Below are positions 43,576 to 53,516 of a stretch of 57,719 bases of DNA, one piece after another. Every line of letters starts with the position of its first letter. Position 1 is the first letter of the stretch. The stretch covers positions 1-57,719 of the forward strand of contig JBAZYS010000005.1 in the NCBI GenBank assembly GCA_041659205.1, read 5' to 3'. The notes beneath the pieces are model-generated. The model was not told where the DNA came from and made no database searches. It saw nothing but the letters and a program-made list of their open reading frames with translations. The stretch is from Minisyncoccota bacterium. GTDB taxonomy: Bacteria > Patescibacteriota > Minisyncoccia > Phycocordibacterales > UBA9973. A program made the translations under genes and the position numbers.

Positions 43576-45330
43576 TTATTTAGAAAATACTTTCCAAACG
43601 TTCTCAGTTTCGGTGTACCATAAATATATATTTGAAAAACGGTCTGTAGAAGAGGTGAGGTGATCAATAGAAAGACCTTTTAATTTTTTTGATGTTACAT
43701 ATATAAAGTTAGGGCTATACAAGAAAGCTGCGGGCATGTCTTTTTTAATTTCATCTTCAAATTGGGCATATTTTTTAATTCTGGACTGCTCATCAATAGT
43801 GACAGCTGCATCTTCCAATATTTTATCTACTTTCGCATTAGTATATACAGCCACATTGAGACCCGGGTCTTTCCTTTGGGAAGAATGCCAAAAAGCAGAT
43901 AAATCGGACTCGTGGTTTATGATTTGTCCGAAGAGTAGAGCATCATAATCACGAGGACGAATTACACTTTGATTTAAATTTCCAACTTCAAAAGTTTTGA
44001 TATCAACTTTTATTCCCACTTTTACTAAATCCTGTTTGATTATTTCTGCAGTTTTGGCGAGTTCTCCAGCATTTCCAGTTGAAATAGAAAATTCTAGTGT
44101 TGAAGTAGTTTTCTTTTTATTCTTACCTGTAGTGGTTTTCTGTAAAAATCCGTCAGGACCTTTTGTCCAACCATCTTTGGCTAAATTCTTTTCTACATTT
44201 TGTAAGATTTCTTCACGAGAAGAAGTATTTTCAAGAGCTAACTTTTGATAAGCAATCATGTTTGGTGGGATTGGTTCATCTAATGCGACTCCGTAACCGA
44301 AGAGGACTTCGCGAATTATTTGATCTTTGTCGATCGCTTGGTCGATTGCTTTGGTAATGATTTTGTCAGTAAAAAGAATATTTTTATTTTGATTAAAAAA
44401 TAAACCAAAGACTCTCGGAAGCACGGAACTTTCTATTTGATAATTCCTTTCTTTTAAAATACCTGCATTTAAGGGGGTGATAGAGCTTATCTGATCTACG
44501 TTCCCATCTTCAAGCCCCGCCATAAGTTCATTTTCATTTGAATAAAAATGTAGGCTCAAATTCTTTATATATGGTTCACCGAGAATAAATTTCTTGAATG
44601 CAACTAATTCAAAAGAATTTATAACGCCAGATGATTCCTTGGAAACGCTATCTATCATATATGGCCCTGAGCCAATCGGGGAAGTATTTGCTGTATTGAG
44701 CTCAATCGCAGAATTATTCCATAAATGTTCTGGCATTATTCCAAGAGTTACATTTTCTAGGAAAGATGGGTAAGGTTGCTTCAATGTGAACTCTATTGTT
44801 TTCTCATCTATTTTTGTAGTAGTGACACCATCCCAGTCGACTTTACGAAAACTTTTTATTACGGGGTCTTTAATTTTATTTATTGTAAAAATAACATCAT
44901 TTACAGTAAGAGGCTCTCCATCTTGAAAATATAATTTATCTTTTAAAACGAAAGTATAAGTTAGGCCATTTTTTGACATTTCATATTTTTCTGCTAAGTC
45001 TGGGGTGATAGTACCATCAGGATTTTTTCTCATTAGTCCAGAATAGACAAGGGAGACAAGATCAAGGTCGGCAGGGGAGTTCGCAAGGATTGGATTTATG
45101 AAACGAGGAGTACCGATAATGCCTTCGGAGATTGAGCCACCGTGAAGGGGTACGCTGACCATTAAAGATTTGTTTATGCTTTCAAGGATTGAGACAGTGC
45201 TTAATAAAAGTGTTAATAATAAAACAATAAAAACAACACGTTCTTTTCTGGAGAACGTACTGAAAATTGAATTAATTTCGTCTTTTTTAGGCAACTTAAA
45301 ATTGCGAATTCGACTATATAAATTTTGCAT
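43576..45330 (-). CDS. ABC transporter substrate-binding protein (OppA/family 5)
   Basis: LVYSGLM...PDLAE, GSGPY, WHSSQ motifs. Confidence 0.9.
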   Translation of the reverse strand: MQNLYSRIRNFKLPKKDEINSIFSTFSRKERVVFIVLLLTLLLSTVSILESINKSLMVSVPLHGGSISEGIIGTPRFINPILANSPADLDLVSLVYSGLMRKNPDGTITPDLAEKYEMSKNGLTYTFVLKDKLYFQDGEPLTVNDVIFTINKIKDPVIKSFRKVDWDGVTTTKIDEKTIEFTLKQPYPSFLENVTLGIMPEHLWNNSAIELNTANTSPIGSGPYMIDSVSKESSGVINSFELVAFKKFILGEPYIKNLSLHFYSNENELMAGLEDGNVDQISSITPLNAGILKERNYQIESSVLPRVFGLFFNQNKNILFTDKIITKAIDQAIDKDQIIREVLFGYGVALDEPIPPNMIAYQKLALENTSSREEILQNVEKNLAKDGWTKGPDGFLQKTTTGKNKKKTTSTLEFSISTGNAGELAKTAEIIKQDLVKVGIKVDIKTFEVGNLNQSVIRPRDYDALLFGQIINHESDLSAFWHSSQRKDPGLNVAVYTNAKVDKILEDAAVTIDEQSRIKKYAQFEDEIKKDMPAAFLYSPNFIYVTSKKLKGLSIDHLTSSTDRFSNIYLWYTETENVWKVFSK

Positions 45331-45353
45331 ATAAGATATAAAACAAAGTAAAA

Positions 45354-45596
45354 CTAGCTATTTGCTTTTATTATTATACTGAGTAGGGCAAATAAAGCAA
45401 AGAGGATTCCACATACAAGGGATAAGTAAAAAAGAAACTTTTCAAAGCCGCGACGAGTGTGATGAAAAGATTCTGTCTCTCCTCCACCTAAAGCACCTCC
45501 TAAGCCAGCAGCAGACTGCTGTAATAGAACCGCTGTTACTAGTATTACTGAAAGGATAATCTGCGCGTATGGCAGAAATTTGGTTACTAAATTCAT
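45354..45596 (-). CDS. secG: Preprotein translocase subunit SecG
   Basis: VLLQQSAAGLGGALGG...TRRGFEK with two TMs. Confidence 0.9.
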   Translation of the reverse strand: MNLVTKFLPYAQIILSVILVTAVLLQQSAAGLGGALGGGETESFHHTRRGFEKFLFYLSLVCGILFALFALLSIIIKANS

Positions 45597-45701
45597 AGAT
45601 ATGGTTATTATTGCATATTCTGACCCAAAACGCAAACCATTGCCTTGGTCTAATATGAGGTTGCTCTTGCAACTTGGTAATTTATATAGTACATATATTA
45701 G

Positions 45702-45917
45702 ATGTTCAAAAACTTTTTACTTAAAAAAATGCTTCGCACCCAGGGTGTACCAGAAGCACAAATAGATATGTTAATCGGTATGATGGAGAAAAACCCCGAG
45801 CTTTTTCAAAAGATTGCTTTGGAGATTCAAGAAAAGACAAAGGGAGGGATGGATCAAATGACAGCGGGGATGGAGATAATGAAGAAATACGAAGCCGAAC
45901 TTAAGAAATTGGCTTAG
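45702..45917 (+). CDS. Small conserved hypothetical protein
   Basis: 71-aa Met/Lys-rich helical ORF. Confidence 0.7.
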   Translation: MFKNFLLKKMLRTQGVPEAQIDMLIGMMEKNPELFQKIALEIQEKTKGGMDQMTAGMEIMKKYEAELKKLA

Positions 45918-45944
45918 ACTAAAAAATATTGCTATATTTGACTC

Positions 45945-47783
45945 ATGTGTGGCATTGTCGGATATATTGGAAAAAGAGAAGCTTATGGAATCCTAATAAA
46001 AGGGTTAGAGCGTTTAGAGTATCGCGGTTATGATTCTGCGGGAGTTGCCCTTTTGGGTAGTGGCATTCTTTCGGTATACAAGAAAAAGGGGAAAGTCGCA
46101 GAATTAAAAAAATTTGTTTCACAAAGACAGTCCTTAAAAGGATCTGTAGGCATCGCACATACTCGCTGGGCGACACACGGTGCTCCGTCTGATAGAAATG
46201 CTCATCCTCAATTATCAAACTCGGGAGAAATTGTAATTGTTCATAATGGAATCATTGAGAATTATCTTGCGATAAAAGAAATTTTAATAAAAAAGGGTTA
46301 TAAATTTAAAAGTGATACAGACACAGAAGTTTTAGTAAATTTAATTGAAGATATAAAAAAGAATACAAAAGTAGGTATTGATGAAGCGGTACGTCTTGCA
46401 CTTCTCGAAGTAGTGGGAGCTTATGCAATTTTAGTTTTATCAAAAGATGAACCTGATACCGTTATTGTGGCGAAAGTAGGCAGTCCTGTTGTCATTGGAC
46501 TTGGTAACGATGAGTTTTTTATTGCTTCAGACGCAACTCCGATTATCGAATATACAGACAAAGTTGTGTATTTAGAAGATGGGGAAATGGCAATAATTAA
46601 AAAAAAGAAGCTTGTAATAAAAACAATTCAAAATAAAATCAAAAATCCTTATATTCAAAAACTCGAAATGAAAATTGAAGAAATTGAGAAAGGTGGGTAT
46701 AAGCATTTTATGTTGAAAGAAATTTTTGAGCAACCAGAATCATTGCGTAGAACTATTGCTGGTCGTCTTATTTTAAATGAAGGGAATATCAAATTTGGTG
46801 GATTGGAAGTTTTTGAAAAAGAACTTAAAAGTCTTCATAGTCTTACTATCGTAGCGATGGGTACGGCACGTTTTACTGGGATGATAGGAGAATATGCTTT
46901 TGAAGAATTAGCGGGGATTCCAACAAAAGTTGAATATGGTTCAGAGTTTACTTATCGTACTTCAGCGATTAATAAAAACGGAGGATTGTTAGCTATATCT
47001 CAATCTGGAGAAACAGCTGACACCTTAAATGCGGTAAAAAAGGCTAAACGTAAAAACATGATGACATTTGGTATTGTAAATGTTATCGGTTCAAGTATTG
47101 CTCGGGAAGTGGATGCTGGTATTTATAATCACGTAGGACCAGAAACGGCGGTGGCTTCTACTAAAGCATCGACCTCACAAGTTTTGCTTCAAATTATGCT
47201 TGCAATTTATTTAGGCAGAATGAGAGGTCTTCCAAAATCAAAAGGGCAAGTAATTATAAAAGAAATACAAAAACTTCCAACCCTCGTTGAAAAAATTCTT
47301 AAAAATGTAAATGCGATAAAAAGACTGGCAAAAAAATATAAAAATAGTAATAATTTCTTTTATCTTGGACGCAAATATAACGCTGGTACTGCAATGGAGG
47401 GAGCATTAAAACTTAAGGAATGTTCTTATATTCACGCAGAAGGAATTAATGCGACTGAACTTAAACATGGGCCTCTGTCTCTTGTTGATAAAAACTTCTC
47501 AGCACTTGTTATAGCGCCCCTAGATAGTATGTATGAAAAAAATAAAAGTAGTATTCAACAAATTAAAGCTCGCGGAGGGCACGTTATTGCATTAACTACG
47601 GAAGGAAATAAAGAATTAAAAAATATTGCTGATGATGTATTTTATATTCCAAAAACCCTTGAGATGCTAACTCCAATTCTTGCTTTTATCCCAATGCAAC
47701 TTCTAGCGTATTACATAGCGACAGAGAGAGGGAATGATGTAGATAAACCTCGCAATTTGGCTAAGAGTGTAACAGTGGAATAA
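45945..47783 (+). CDS. glmS: Glutamine-fructose-6-phosphate transaminase (isomerizing)
   Basis: MCGIVG, EYRGYDSAG, HTRWATHG, DKPRNLAKSVTVE motifs. Confidence 0.98.
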   Translation: MCGIVGYIGKREAYGILIKGLERLEYRGYDSAGVALLGSGILSVYKKKGKVAELKKFVSQRQSLKGSVGIAHTRWATHGAPSDRNAHPQLSNSGEIVIVHNGIIENYLAIKEILIKKGYKFKSDTDTEVLVNLIEDIKKNTKVGIDEAVRLALLEVVGAYAILVLSKDEPDTVIVAKVGSPVVIGLGNDEFFIASDATPIIEYTDKVVYLEDGEMAIIKKKKLVIKTIQNKIKNPYIQKLEMKIEEIEKGGYKHFMLKEIFEQPESLRRTIAGRLILNEGNIKFGGLEVFEKELKSLHSLTIVAMGTARFTGMIGEYAFEELAGIPTKVEYGSEFTYRTSAINKNGGLLAISQSGETADTLNAVKKAKRKNMMTFGIVNVIGSSIAREVDAGIYNHVGPETAVASTKASTSQVLLQIMLAIYLGRMRGLPKSKGQVIIKEIQKLPTLVEKILKNVNAIKRLAKKYKNSNNFFYLGRKYNAGTAMEGALKLKECSYIHAEGINATELKHGPLSLVDKNFSALVIAPLDSMYEKNKSSIQQIKARGGHVIALTTEGNKELKNIADDVFYIPKTLEMLTPILAFIPMQLLAYYIATERGNDVDKPRNLAKSVTVE

Positions 47784-47791
47784 GATTATTT

Positions 47792-47812
47792 CCCCTATCC
47801 CAGGGATAGGGG
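47792..47812. repeat. Perfect 21-bp palindrome CCCCTATCCCAGGGATAGGGG
   Basis: Direct reading; flanked by TTT/AAA. Confidence 0.9.
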
Positions 47813-47830
47813 AAAAGTGTGGATAACTTC

Positions 47831-47859
47831 TTGACATATACCCCCAGGGGGTATATGCT
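47831..47859 (+). promoter_or_regulatory. cop promoter with CsoR operator
   Basis: TTGACA-17 bp-TATGCT enclosing the palindrome ATATACCCCCAGGGGGTATAT (47836-47856). Confidence 0.85.
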
Positions 47860-47865
47860 AGGTTA

Positions 47866-48132
47866 ATGAAACATGAAATAAAAGATAAAGCATTAAGGCG
47901 CTTGAGGATTATCGAAGGGCAAATAAGGGGCCTTCAGGATATGGTAGATAAAGAAAAATATTGTATTGATATTATTACTCAAACAAGTGCGGTAAGAAAA
48001 GCGCTCTCTGGCGTTGAGGATTTAATTTTAGAAAATCACCTATCTACTCACGTTATCCATCAAATAAAACATGGAGATGAAATTAAGCCAGTGAAAGAGA
48101 TTTTAAAAATTTATAAATTAAAAAGTAAATAA
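47866..48132 (+). CDS. csoR: Copper-sensing repressor CsoR
   Basis: RLRIIEGQIRG, YCIDI, ENHLSTH (C-H-H ligand variant). Confidence 0.9.
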   Translation: MKHEIKDKALRRLRIIEGQIRGLQDMVDKEKYCIDIITQTSAVRKALSGVEDLILENHLSTHVIHQIKHGDEIKPVKEILKIYKLKSK

Positions 48133-48146
48133 ATTTAAATTAAATT

Positions 48147-50462
48147 ATGAAATATAATACATATAGAATAAAAGGAATGCATTGTGCTTCATGTGCGAGT
48201 GTCATTGAGAGAACTGTCAAAAAAATTGACGGGGTGGAAGATATTTCGGTTAATAATGGTACAGAAAATGCAAAAATTTCTTTCGATGAGAGTAAAACAA
48301 ATCATGAGCAATTCAATAAAAAATTAGAACCTCTTGGTTATACACTTGTTGCTAATAATGAGATGAGTACGTCTGCTGGCGAGATGGGGATGAGTGCAAA
48401 TGAACACGCTGAGCATTTAGGGTTTAATCAAACAAAAAAGGAAAAGCTTGCTGAGCTCAAAGATATGCGTAATAAACTTTTCACTCTTATTCCTATCGTC
48501 ATAGTAAGTATTTTTGTAATGAGCTGGGATATTTTTGCTCAATTTAAAACCATTCCAGAGATGTCTTATTTCTGGAGTGAATTTTTTCATCATCTAATGC
48601 CTGTACTCGCTACTTATACTTTATTTGTCGTGGGGAAGCCATATCTACTAGGTTTGTATCGTTTTTTCCGTTACGGAAAAGCCAATATGGATACACTTAT
48701 TGGTCTCGGAACAGGGATAGCATTTTTATATAGTTTTATTCTGAGTGCTTTTGAAGAAAGTCTCGCACCATTTTTAAATGTTAATCAAAATTATTATGAC
48801 GTGGCTATTGTAGTCATCGCTTTTATTACCTTAGGTAAATATCTTGAAACACGATCAAAATTAAAAACTGGAGATGCAATTGAAAAACTTTTAAATTTAC
48901 AAGCAAAAACAGCTCTTGTAATTCGAGATGGAAAAGAAGTTGAAATACCTATAGGAGAAGTGGTTCATGGAGATTTAATTGTAGTAAAGCCAGCTGGTAA
49001 AATTCCAGTAGATGGAATCGTTGTTTCTGGAAATTCTTATGTAGATGAATCTATGGTGACAGGTGAGCCGATGCCGGTAGAAAAAAAAGAAGGAGATAGT
49101 GTAGTTTCAGGAACGATAAATACTACAGGATCCTTTACTTTTAAAGCGACGAAAGTTGGGGGGGAAACGCTTCTTGCTCATATTGTAAAGATGGTGGAAG
49201 AAGCACAGGGTAGCAAAGCACCAATTCAAGCGTTAGCTGATAAAATTTCAAGTGTCTTTGTTCCCATTGTTCTTGGCATAGCAGTAGTCACGCTTGTTTT
49301 ATGGCTTGTGGTTGGTACGCAATATTTAGGTTTTTCTCAAGCTCTTTCTTTTGGTTTGGTTTCTTTTGTTGGCATACTTGTGATTGCTTGTCCGTGTGCC
49401 CTTGGACTCGCGACCCCTACAGCTATTATTGTGGGTGTAGGGAAAGGAGCGAAAGAGGGAATACTTATTAAAGATGCAGCAACATTACAAAAATTACATA
49501 CAGTAAATGCAGTCGTAGTAGACAAGACGGGAACATTAACTTTCGGGAAACCTGAACTTGTTTCAATCAAAAATTTTTCAAATAAAAAAGATGATGAGCT
49601 TGTTTCAATCCTTGCAATGCTAGAAAATAGATCAGAGCATCCTATTGCTCATGCAATAATAAATTATGCTAAAGAGAAGAATTTAAAAATCGAAGAGATT
49701 AATAATTTTGAAATTATTAAAGGTAAAGGACTGAAAGGGAGTTTCGATAGTGTGGAATATTTTGCTGGCAATCTCAAACTAATTTCTGATCTTAATTTAA
49801 AGTTTGGCGAAGGTCCTTTGGAACTATTGGAGAAAGAAACGCTAGAAGGTAAAACGCCTGTTATTCTGGCAGATAAAAACGCAGTCCTTGGTGTGTTTAT
49901 GATAGCGGATGCCATAAAACCTGAAGCGATTGAAGCGGTGAAAAATCTTCATAAACTCGGCATAAAAATTGTGATGCTTACTGGAGATAATAAAAATACC
50001 GCTCTCTATATAGCAAAACTTATTGGAATTGATGAAGTTGTGGCTGAGGCAATGCCTGAAGATAAGTTAAACAAAATAAAAGAACTCCAAGGAGAGGGAA
50101 ATATTGTGGCAATGGCGGGGGATGGAGTTAATGATGCTCCTGCGCTCGCGCAAGCAGATGTGGGTATTGCGATGGCGACCGGTACAGATGTGGCTATTGA
50201 GTCTGCTGGGATTACGCTCCTCGGTGGGGATATTTCAAAGCTTGTAAAAGCGATTAAGCTCTCAAAGATAACAATGAGAGGGATAAAGCAAAATCTTTTT
50301 TGGGCATTCTTTTATAATGTTGTGGGTATTCCGCTGGCTGCTGGATTATTTTATCCAATATTTGGCTGGTTGCTTTCACCAGTTTTTGCAGGATTTGCGA
50401 TGGCAATGTCATCTGTGTCTGTTGTAGGGAATTCATTGAGGATTAAAAGTAAAAAATTATAA
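48147..50462 (+). CDS. copA: Cu(I)-translocating P1B-type ATPase
   Basis: [32 protein letters not shown] and MAMSS motifs. Confidence 0.96.
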   Translation: MKYNTYRIKGMHCASCASVIERTVKKIDGVEDISVNNGTENAKISFDESKTNHEQFNKKLEPLGYTLVANNEMSTSAGEMGMSANEHAEHLGFNQTKKEKLAELKDMRNKLFTLIPIVIVSIFVMSWDIFAQFKTIPEMSYFWSEFFHHLMPVLATYTLFVVGKPYLLGLYRFFRYGKANMDTLIGLGTGIAFLYSFILSAFEESLAPFLNVNQNYYDVAIVVIAFITLGKYLETRSKLKTGDAIEKLLNLQAKTALVIRDGKEVEIPIGEVVHGDLIVVKPAGKIPVDGIVVSGNSYVDESMVTGEPMPVEKKEGDSVVSGTINTTGSFTFKATKVGGETLLAHIVKMVEEAQGSKAPIQALADKISSVFVPIVLGIAVVTLVLWLVVGTQYLGFSQALSFGLVSFVGILVIACPCALGLATPTAIIVGVGKGAKEGILIKDAATLQKLHTVNAVVVDKTGTLTFGKPELVSIKNFSNKKDDELVSILAMLENRSEHPIAHAIINYAKEKNLKIEEINNFEIIKGKGLKGSFDSVEYFAGNLKLISDLNLKFGEGPLELLEKETLEGKTPVILADKNAVLGVFMIADAIKPEAIEAVKNLHKLGIKIVMLTGDNKNTALYIAKLIGIDEVVAEAMPEDKLNKIKELQGEGNIVAMAGDGVNDAPALAQADVGIAMATGTDVAIESAGITLLGGDISKLVKAIKLSKITMRGIKQNLFWAFFYNVVGIPLAAGLFYPIFGWLLSPVFAGFAMAMSSVSVVGNSLRIKSKKL

Positions 50463-50486
50463 GTGTGGTAAGATAAATTAAATCAT

Positions 50487-51494
50487 ATGAAAAAATATAA
50501 ATTTCACGTATCTGGTACTCATTGTGCATCATGTAAAATCTTAATTGAAGATATTTTAGGTGAGCAAGATTTTGTAAAAAATCCGCAGGTTGATTTAAAG
50601 AAAGAAATTGTAGAAATTGAAACTGAAAGCGAAAAAAACGCAGATGAACTTGCAGAAATTCTTACATCTAAAATAAAACAGAATGGTTACACGTTGTCTG
50701 TAGAAAAAGTAATTTTAGAAAAAAAAGATGATGTTATCTGGACCGCTGTACCAATAGGACTTGTTTTTTTGGCTCTATTTTTCTTATTACAAAAATCAGG
50801 GTTTCTCAATCTAGGCATCGGTGGTCAAACGACACCTCAGGCAAGTTTTATTATTGGGCTAATAGCTTCAGTTTCTAGCTGCTTGGCAATTGTGGGAGGG
50901 CTTGTTTTGTCTTTGTCAGCAAAAATAGAACAAGACGATAAAGAAAATACCAAGAAACCATTTATTTTATTTCACTTAGGTAGATTATTAAGTTTTGGTA
51001 TCCTTGGAGGAGTTCTCGGATTAATTGGAGAAGCTGTCGGAATAAATTTTGTTTTTTCTTCAATCTTAGGAATAATTGCTTCAACTGTGATGATATTGCT
51101 TGGGCTTAATCTTGTTGGGGTATTTAAAAAAAGTACTCTTACCTTACCTAGTCATTTGTTTTCTTTTTTTAGAAAAGTAGAACATGCGACCTGGGCGCCA
51201 CTCTTTGTGGGCATTGGAACATTTTTCTTGCCTTGTGGTTTTACTCAATCAATGCAAGTCGCGGCACTTTCAAGCGGAACATTTACGTCAGGTTTTCTAA
51301 TTATGCTTGCTTTCGCATTAGGCACATTGCCGATGCTTGCTCTTCTGTCATTCGGCTCAGCATCATTTGCACATTCAAAACATGCACCACTATTCTTTAA
51401 AGTTGCGGGGGTTGTCGTTATTGGCCTCGGTATATTCGCATTACTTGCTGGTCTAGCAGGACTAGGTATTATTAACCCACTATTTAATATTTAA
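50487..51494 (+). CDS. HMA domain + sulfite-exporter/DsbD_2-type membrane protein
   Basis: GTHCASC, SSCLAIVGG, LPCGF motifs. Confidence 0.85.
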   Translation: MKKYKFHVSGTHCASCKILIEDILGEQDFVKNPQVDLKKEIVEIETESEKNADELAEILTSKIKQNGYTLSVEKVILEKKDDVIWTAVPIGLVFLALFFLLQKSGFLNLGIGGQTTPQASFIIGLIASVSSCLAIVGGLVLSLSAKIEQDDKENTKKPFILFHLGRLLSFGILGGVLGLIGEAVGINFVFSSILGIIASTVMILLGLNLVGVFKKSTLTLPSHLFSFFRKVEHATWAPLFVGIGTFFLPCGFTQSMQVAALSSGTFTSGFLIMLAFALGTLPMLALLSFGSASFAHSKHAPLFFKVAGVVVIGLGIFALLAGLAGLGIINPLFNI

Positions 51495-51512
51495 TTTTGA
51501 TACAATCAACAT

Positions 51513-51893
51513 ATGAATAAAACAGCTTTAGCAATAGTTACTCTTGGTTTAGTAGTTTTTATGGGTGTTATTTTTATGGGTGGATCAGGTTCAGGTAGTG
51601 TGCAAAATGTAGAAATAAAAAATGGAATTCAATATATTAAGATAGATGCAAAAGGGGGGTACTCTCCAAAAGTTTCCACTGCCAAGGCAGGCATACCGAC
51701 GAAGCTTATCGTAGCAACAAATGGTACCTTTGATTGTTCAGCATCGCTTGTAATTCATTCTGTTAATTTCCAAAAGATTTTACCACAAACAGGGGAGACT
51801 GAAATCGATATTGGAATACCGAAAGCAGGGGAACCATTTTCTGGTGTGTGTGGTATGGGTATGTATGGTTTCAAAATTAATTTTGAAAATTAG
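51513..51893 (+). CDS. Cupredoxin-domain protein
   Basis: GYSP...FDCS...CGMGMY motif. Confidence 0.85.
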   Translation: MNKTALAIVTLGLVVFMGVIFMGGSGSGSVQNVEIKNGIQYIKIDAKGGYSPKVSTAKAGIPTKLIVATNGTFDCSASLVIHSVNFQKILPQTGETEIDIGIPKAGEPFSGVCGMGMYGFKINFEN

Positions 51894-51940
51894 GTTTTTT
51901 TCTTTTTGCGAATAAGTTTTTTGTAGTATACTTATATTAT

Positions 51941-53515
51941 ATGATTCTTATAAATAGAGTTTTTAATTTCTTGAAGGGTAACATTTATATTTGTATTGTT
52001 TTTGCAGTAATTTTAATCGCTGGCGGAGTATTTATTTTTAATAGTAAAAAAATAAATCTTGAGACAATAGAAATTCGTCATACAGATTTTATTAATCAAG
52101 TCTCTATCTCTGGGCATGTTATAGCCTCGAGTGATGTAAGCCTTGGTTTTTCTCAAGGGGGGAGAGTGTCTTCTGTCCGAGCGGAGGTTGGTAATACAGT
52201 AAATGCTGGGACAATATTAGCGAGTGTTGAGAATGGAGATTTGCAAGCTGATTTAAAGCAAAAAGAGGCAATGCTTGAGAAAGAGCAGCTTAATTTAAAA
52301 TCTTTACAACTTGGGACTAGAAGCGAGCAGATTGCTATTACTGAGTCTGCTGTTTTGAGTGCGCAGACGAGTTTCAACCAATCAAAACAAAATCTTCTTA
52401 ATTCAATTAGTGATGCCTATACAAAATCTGATGATGCTGTAAAAAATAAAATCGACCAATTTTACAATAATCCATTGTCTGGCAATCCAGAGATAGTTTT
52501 ATTTATAAGCGATAGCAGTCTCATCACGTATGTAAATAGTGAAAGATTTTCAGTTGGTAATACACTTAAGACATGGGAACAGTCAATTGCCAAAATAAAT
52601 TCTGATTCAGTAAATATGGATGAATATGTTTCAGAGGCACAAAATAATATGAATAAATTGAAATCTTTTTTGGCTCAGGTTTCACTTTTTACAAATAACC
52701 CTAGTGCTACTTATGGCGGAGGAAGCAGCATACCAAGTTCTTGGAAAACTGATACTTCTACTGCTCGACTTGCGATTGACACATCAATTTCAAATTTAGC
52801 AGGAGCTTATACTTTATATAAAAATTCCCAATCTGAATTGTTAACGCGACAAAATAATTTAAAACTTGAGCAAGCTGGTGCCACTAAAGAACAAATTGAG
52901 GCTGAAATAGCCCAGGTAAAAAGTGTTCAAGCGAGTGTCGACAATGTTCGAGCTAGCATAGGGAAGACTTTAATCGTTGCTCCATTTAATGGAGTGATAA
53001 CAAAAGTTGATGCGAAAGTTGGGGAAGTAGCTTCTCCTAATGTTCCTTTAATTCAGGTGATGAGTGTTGGTACTTTTCAAATAGAAAGTTTTGTACCTGA
53101 AGTCAACATTGCTTTGATTAAGTTAAATGATGAAGCGAAAGTAACCCTAGATGCTTATGGAGAAAATGTTACTTTTAATGCAAAAGTTGTTTTGATTGAC
53201 CCAGCGGAGACTATAAAAGATGGAGTTTCAACTTATAAAGTAAAGCTTCAGTTCAGTGAAAAAGATGAGCGTATTAAATCAGGGATGACAGCTAATGTTT
53301 CTATCATTACTTTTAATAAACCAAATGTTATCGTGGTCCCAGGCGGAGTTATTTTAAGTAAAGACAATAAAAAATTTGTGCAAGTCAAGAATGATGAAAA
53401 TATTATTGAAAAGGAAGTTGTATTAGGGAGTATTTCTTCTTTGGGTCAAGCAGAGATTGTTTCAGGTCTTTCAGATGGAGATTTAGTTATTCTTAATCCA
53501 TCTATAATAAAATAA
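51941..53515 (+). CDS. Efflux periplasmic adaptor (HlyD/MacA-like)
   Basis: TM, lipoyl half-motifs, long coiled coil, IVAPFNGVI. Confidence 0.88.
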   Translation: MILINRVFNFLKGNIYICIVFAVILIAGGVFIFNSKKINLETIEIRHTDFINQVSISGHVIASSDVSLGFSQGGRVSSVRAEVGNTVNAGTILASVENGDLQADLKQKEAMLEKEQLNLKSLQLGTRSEQIAITESAVLSAQTSFNQSKQNLLNSISDAYTKSDDAVKNKIDQFYNNPLSGNPEIVLFISDSSLITYVNSERFSVGNTLKTWEQSIAKINSDSVNMDEYVSEAQNNMNKLKSFLAQVSLFTNNPSATYGGGSSIPSSWKTDTSTARLAIDTSISNLAGAYTLYKNSQSELLTRQNNLKLEQAGATKEQIEAEIAQVKSVQASVDNVRASIGKTLIVAPFNGVITKVDAKVGEVASPNVPLIQVMSVGTFQIESFVPEVNIALIKLNDEAKVTLDAYGENVTFNAKVVLIDPAETIKDGVSTYKVKLQFSEKDERIKSGMTANVSIITFNKPNVIVVPGGVILSKDNKKFVQVKNDENIIEKEVVLGSISSLGQAEIVSGLSDGDLVILNPSIIK

Positions 53516-53516
53516 T

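Noticed and set aside
45917-45945. glmS ribozyme upstream of glmS
   Set aside because: Only 27 nt are intergenic and the gene looks leaderless
3878-47812. 21-bp palindrome as additional CsoR operators
   Set aside because: A distinct TACCCCCAGGGGGTA operator already sits in the csoR promoter, and the other copies lie at gene ends or inside genes unrelated to copper
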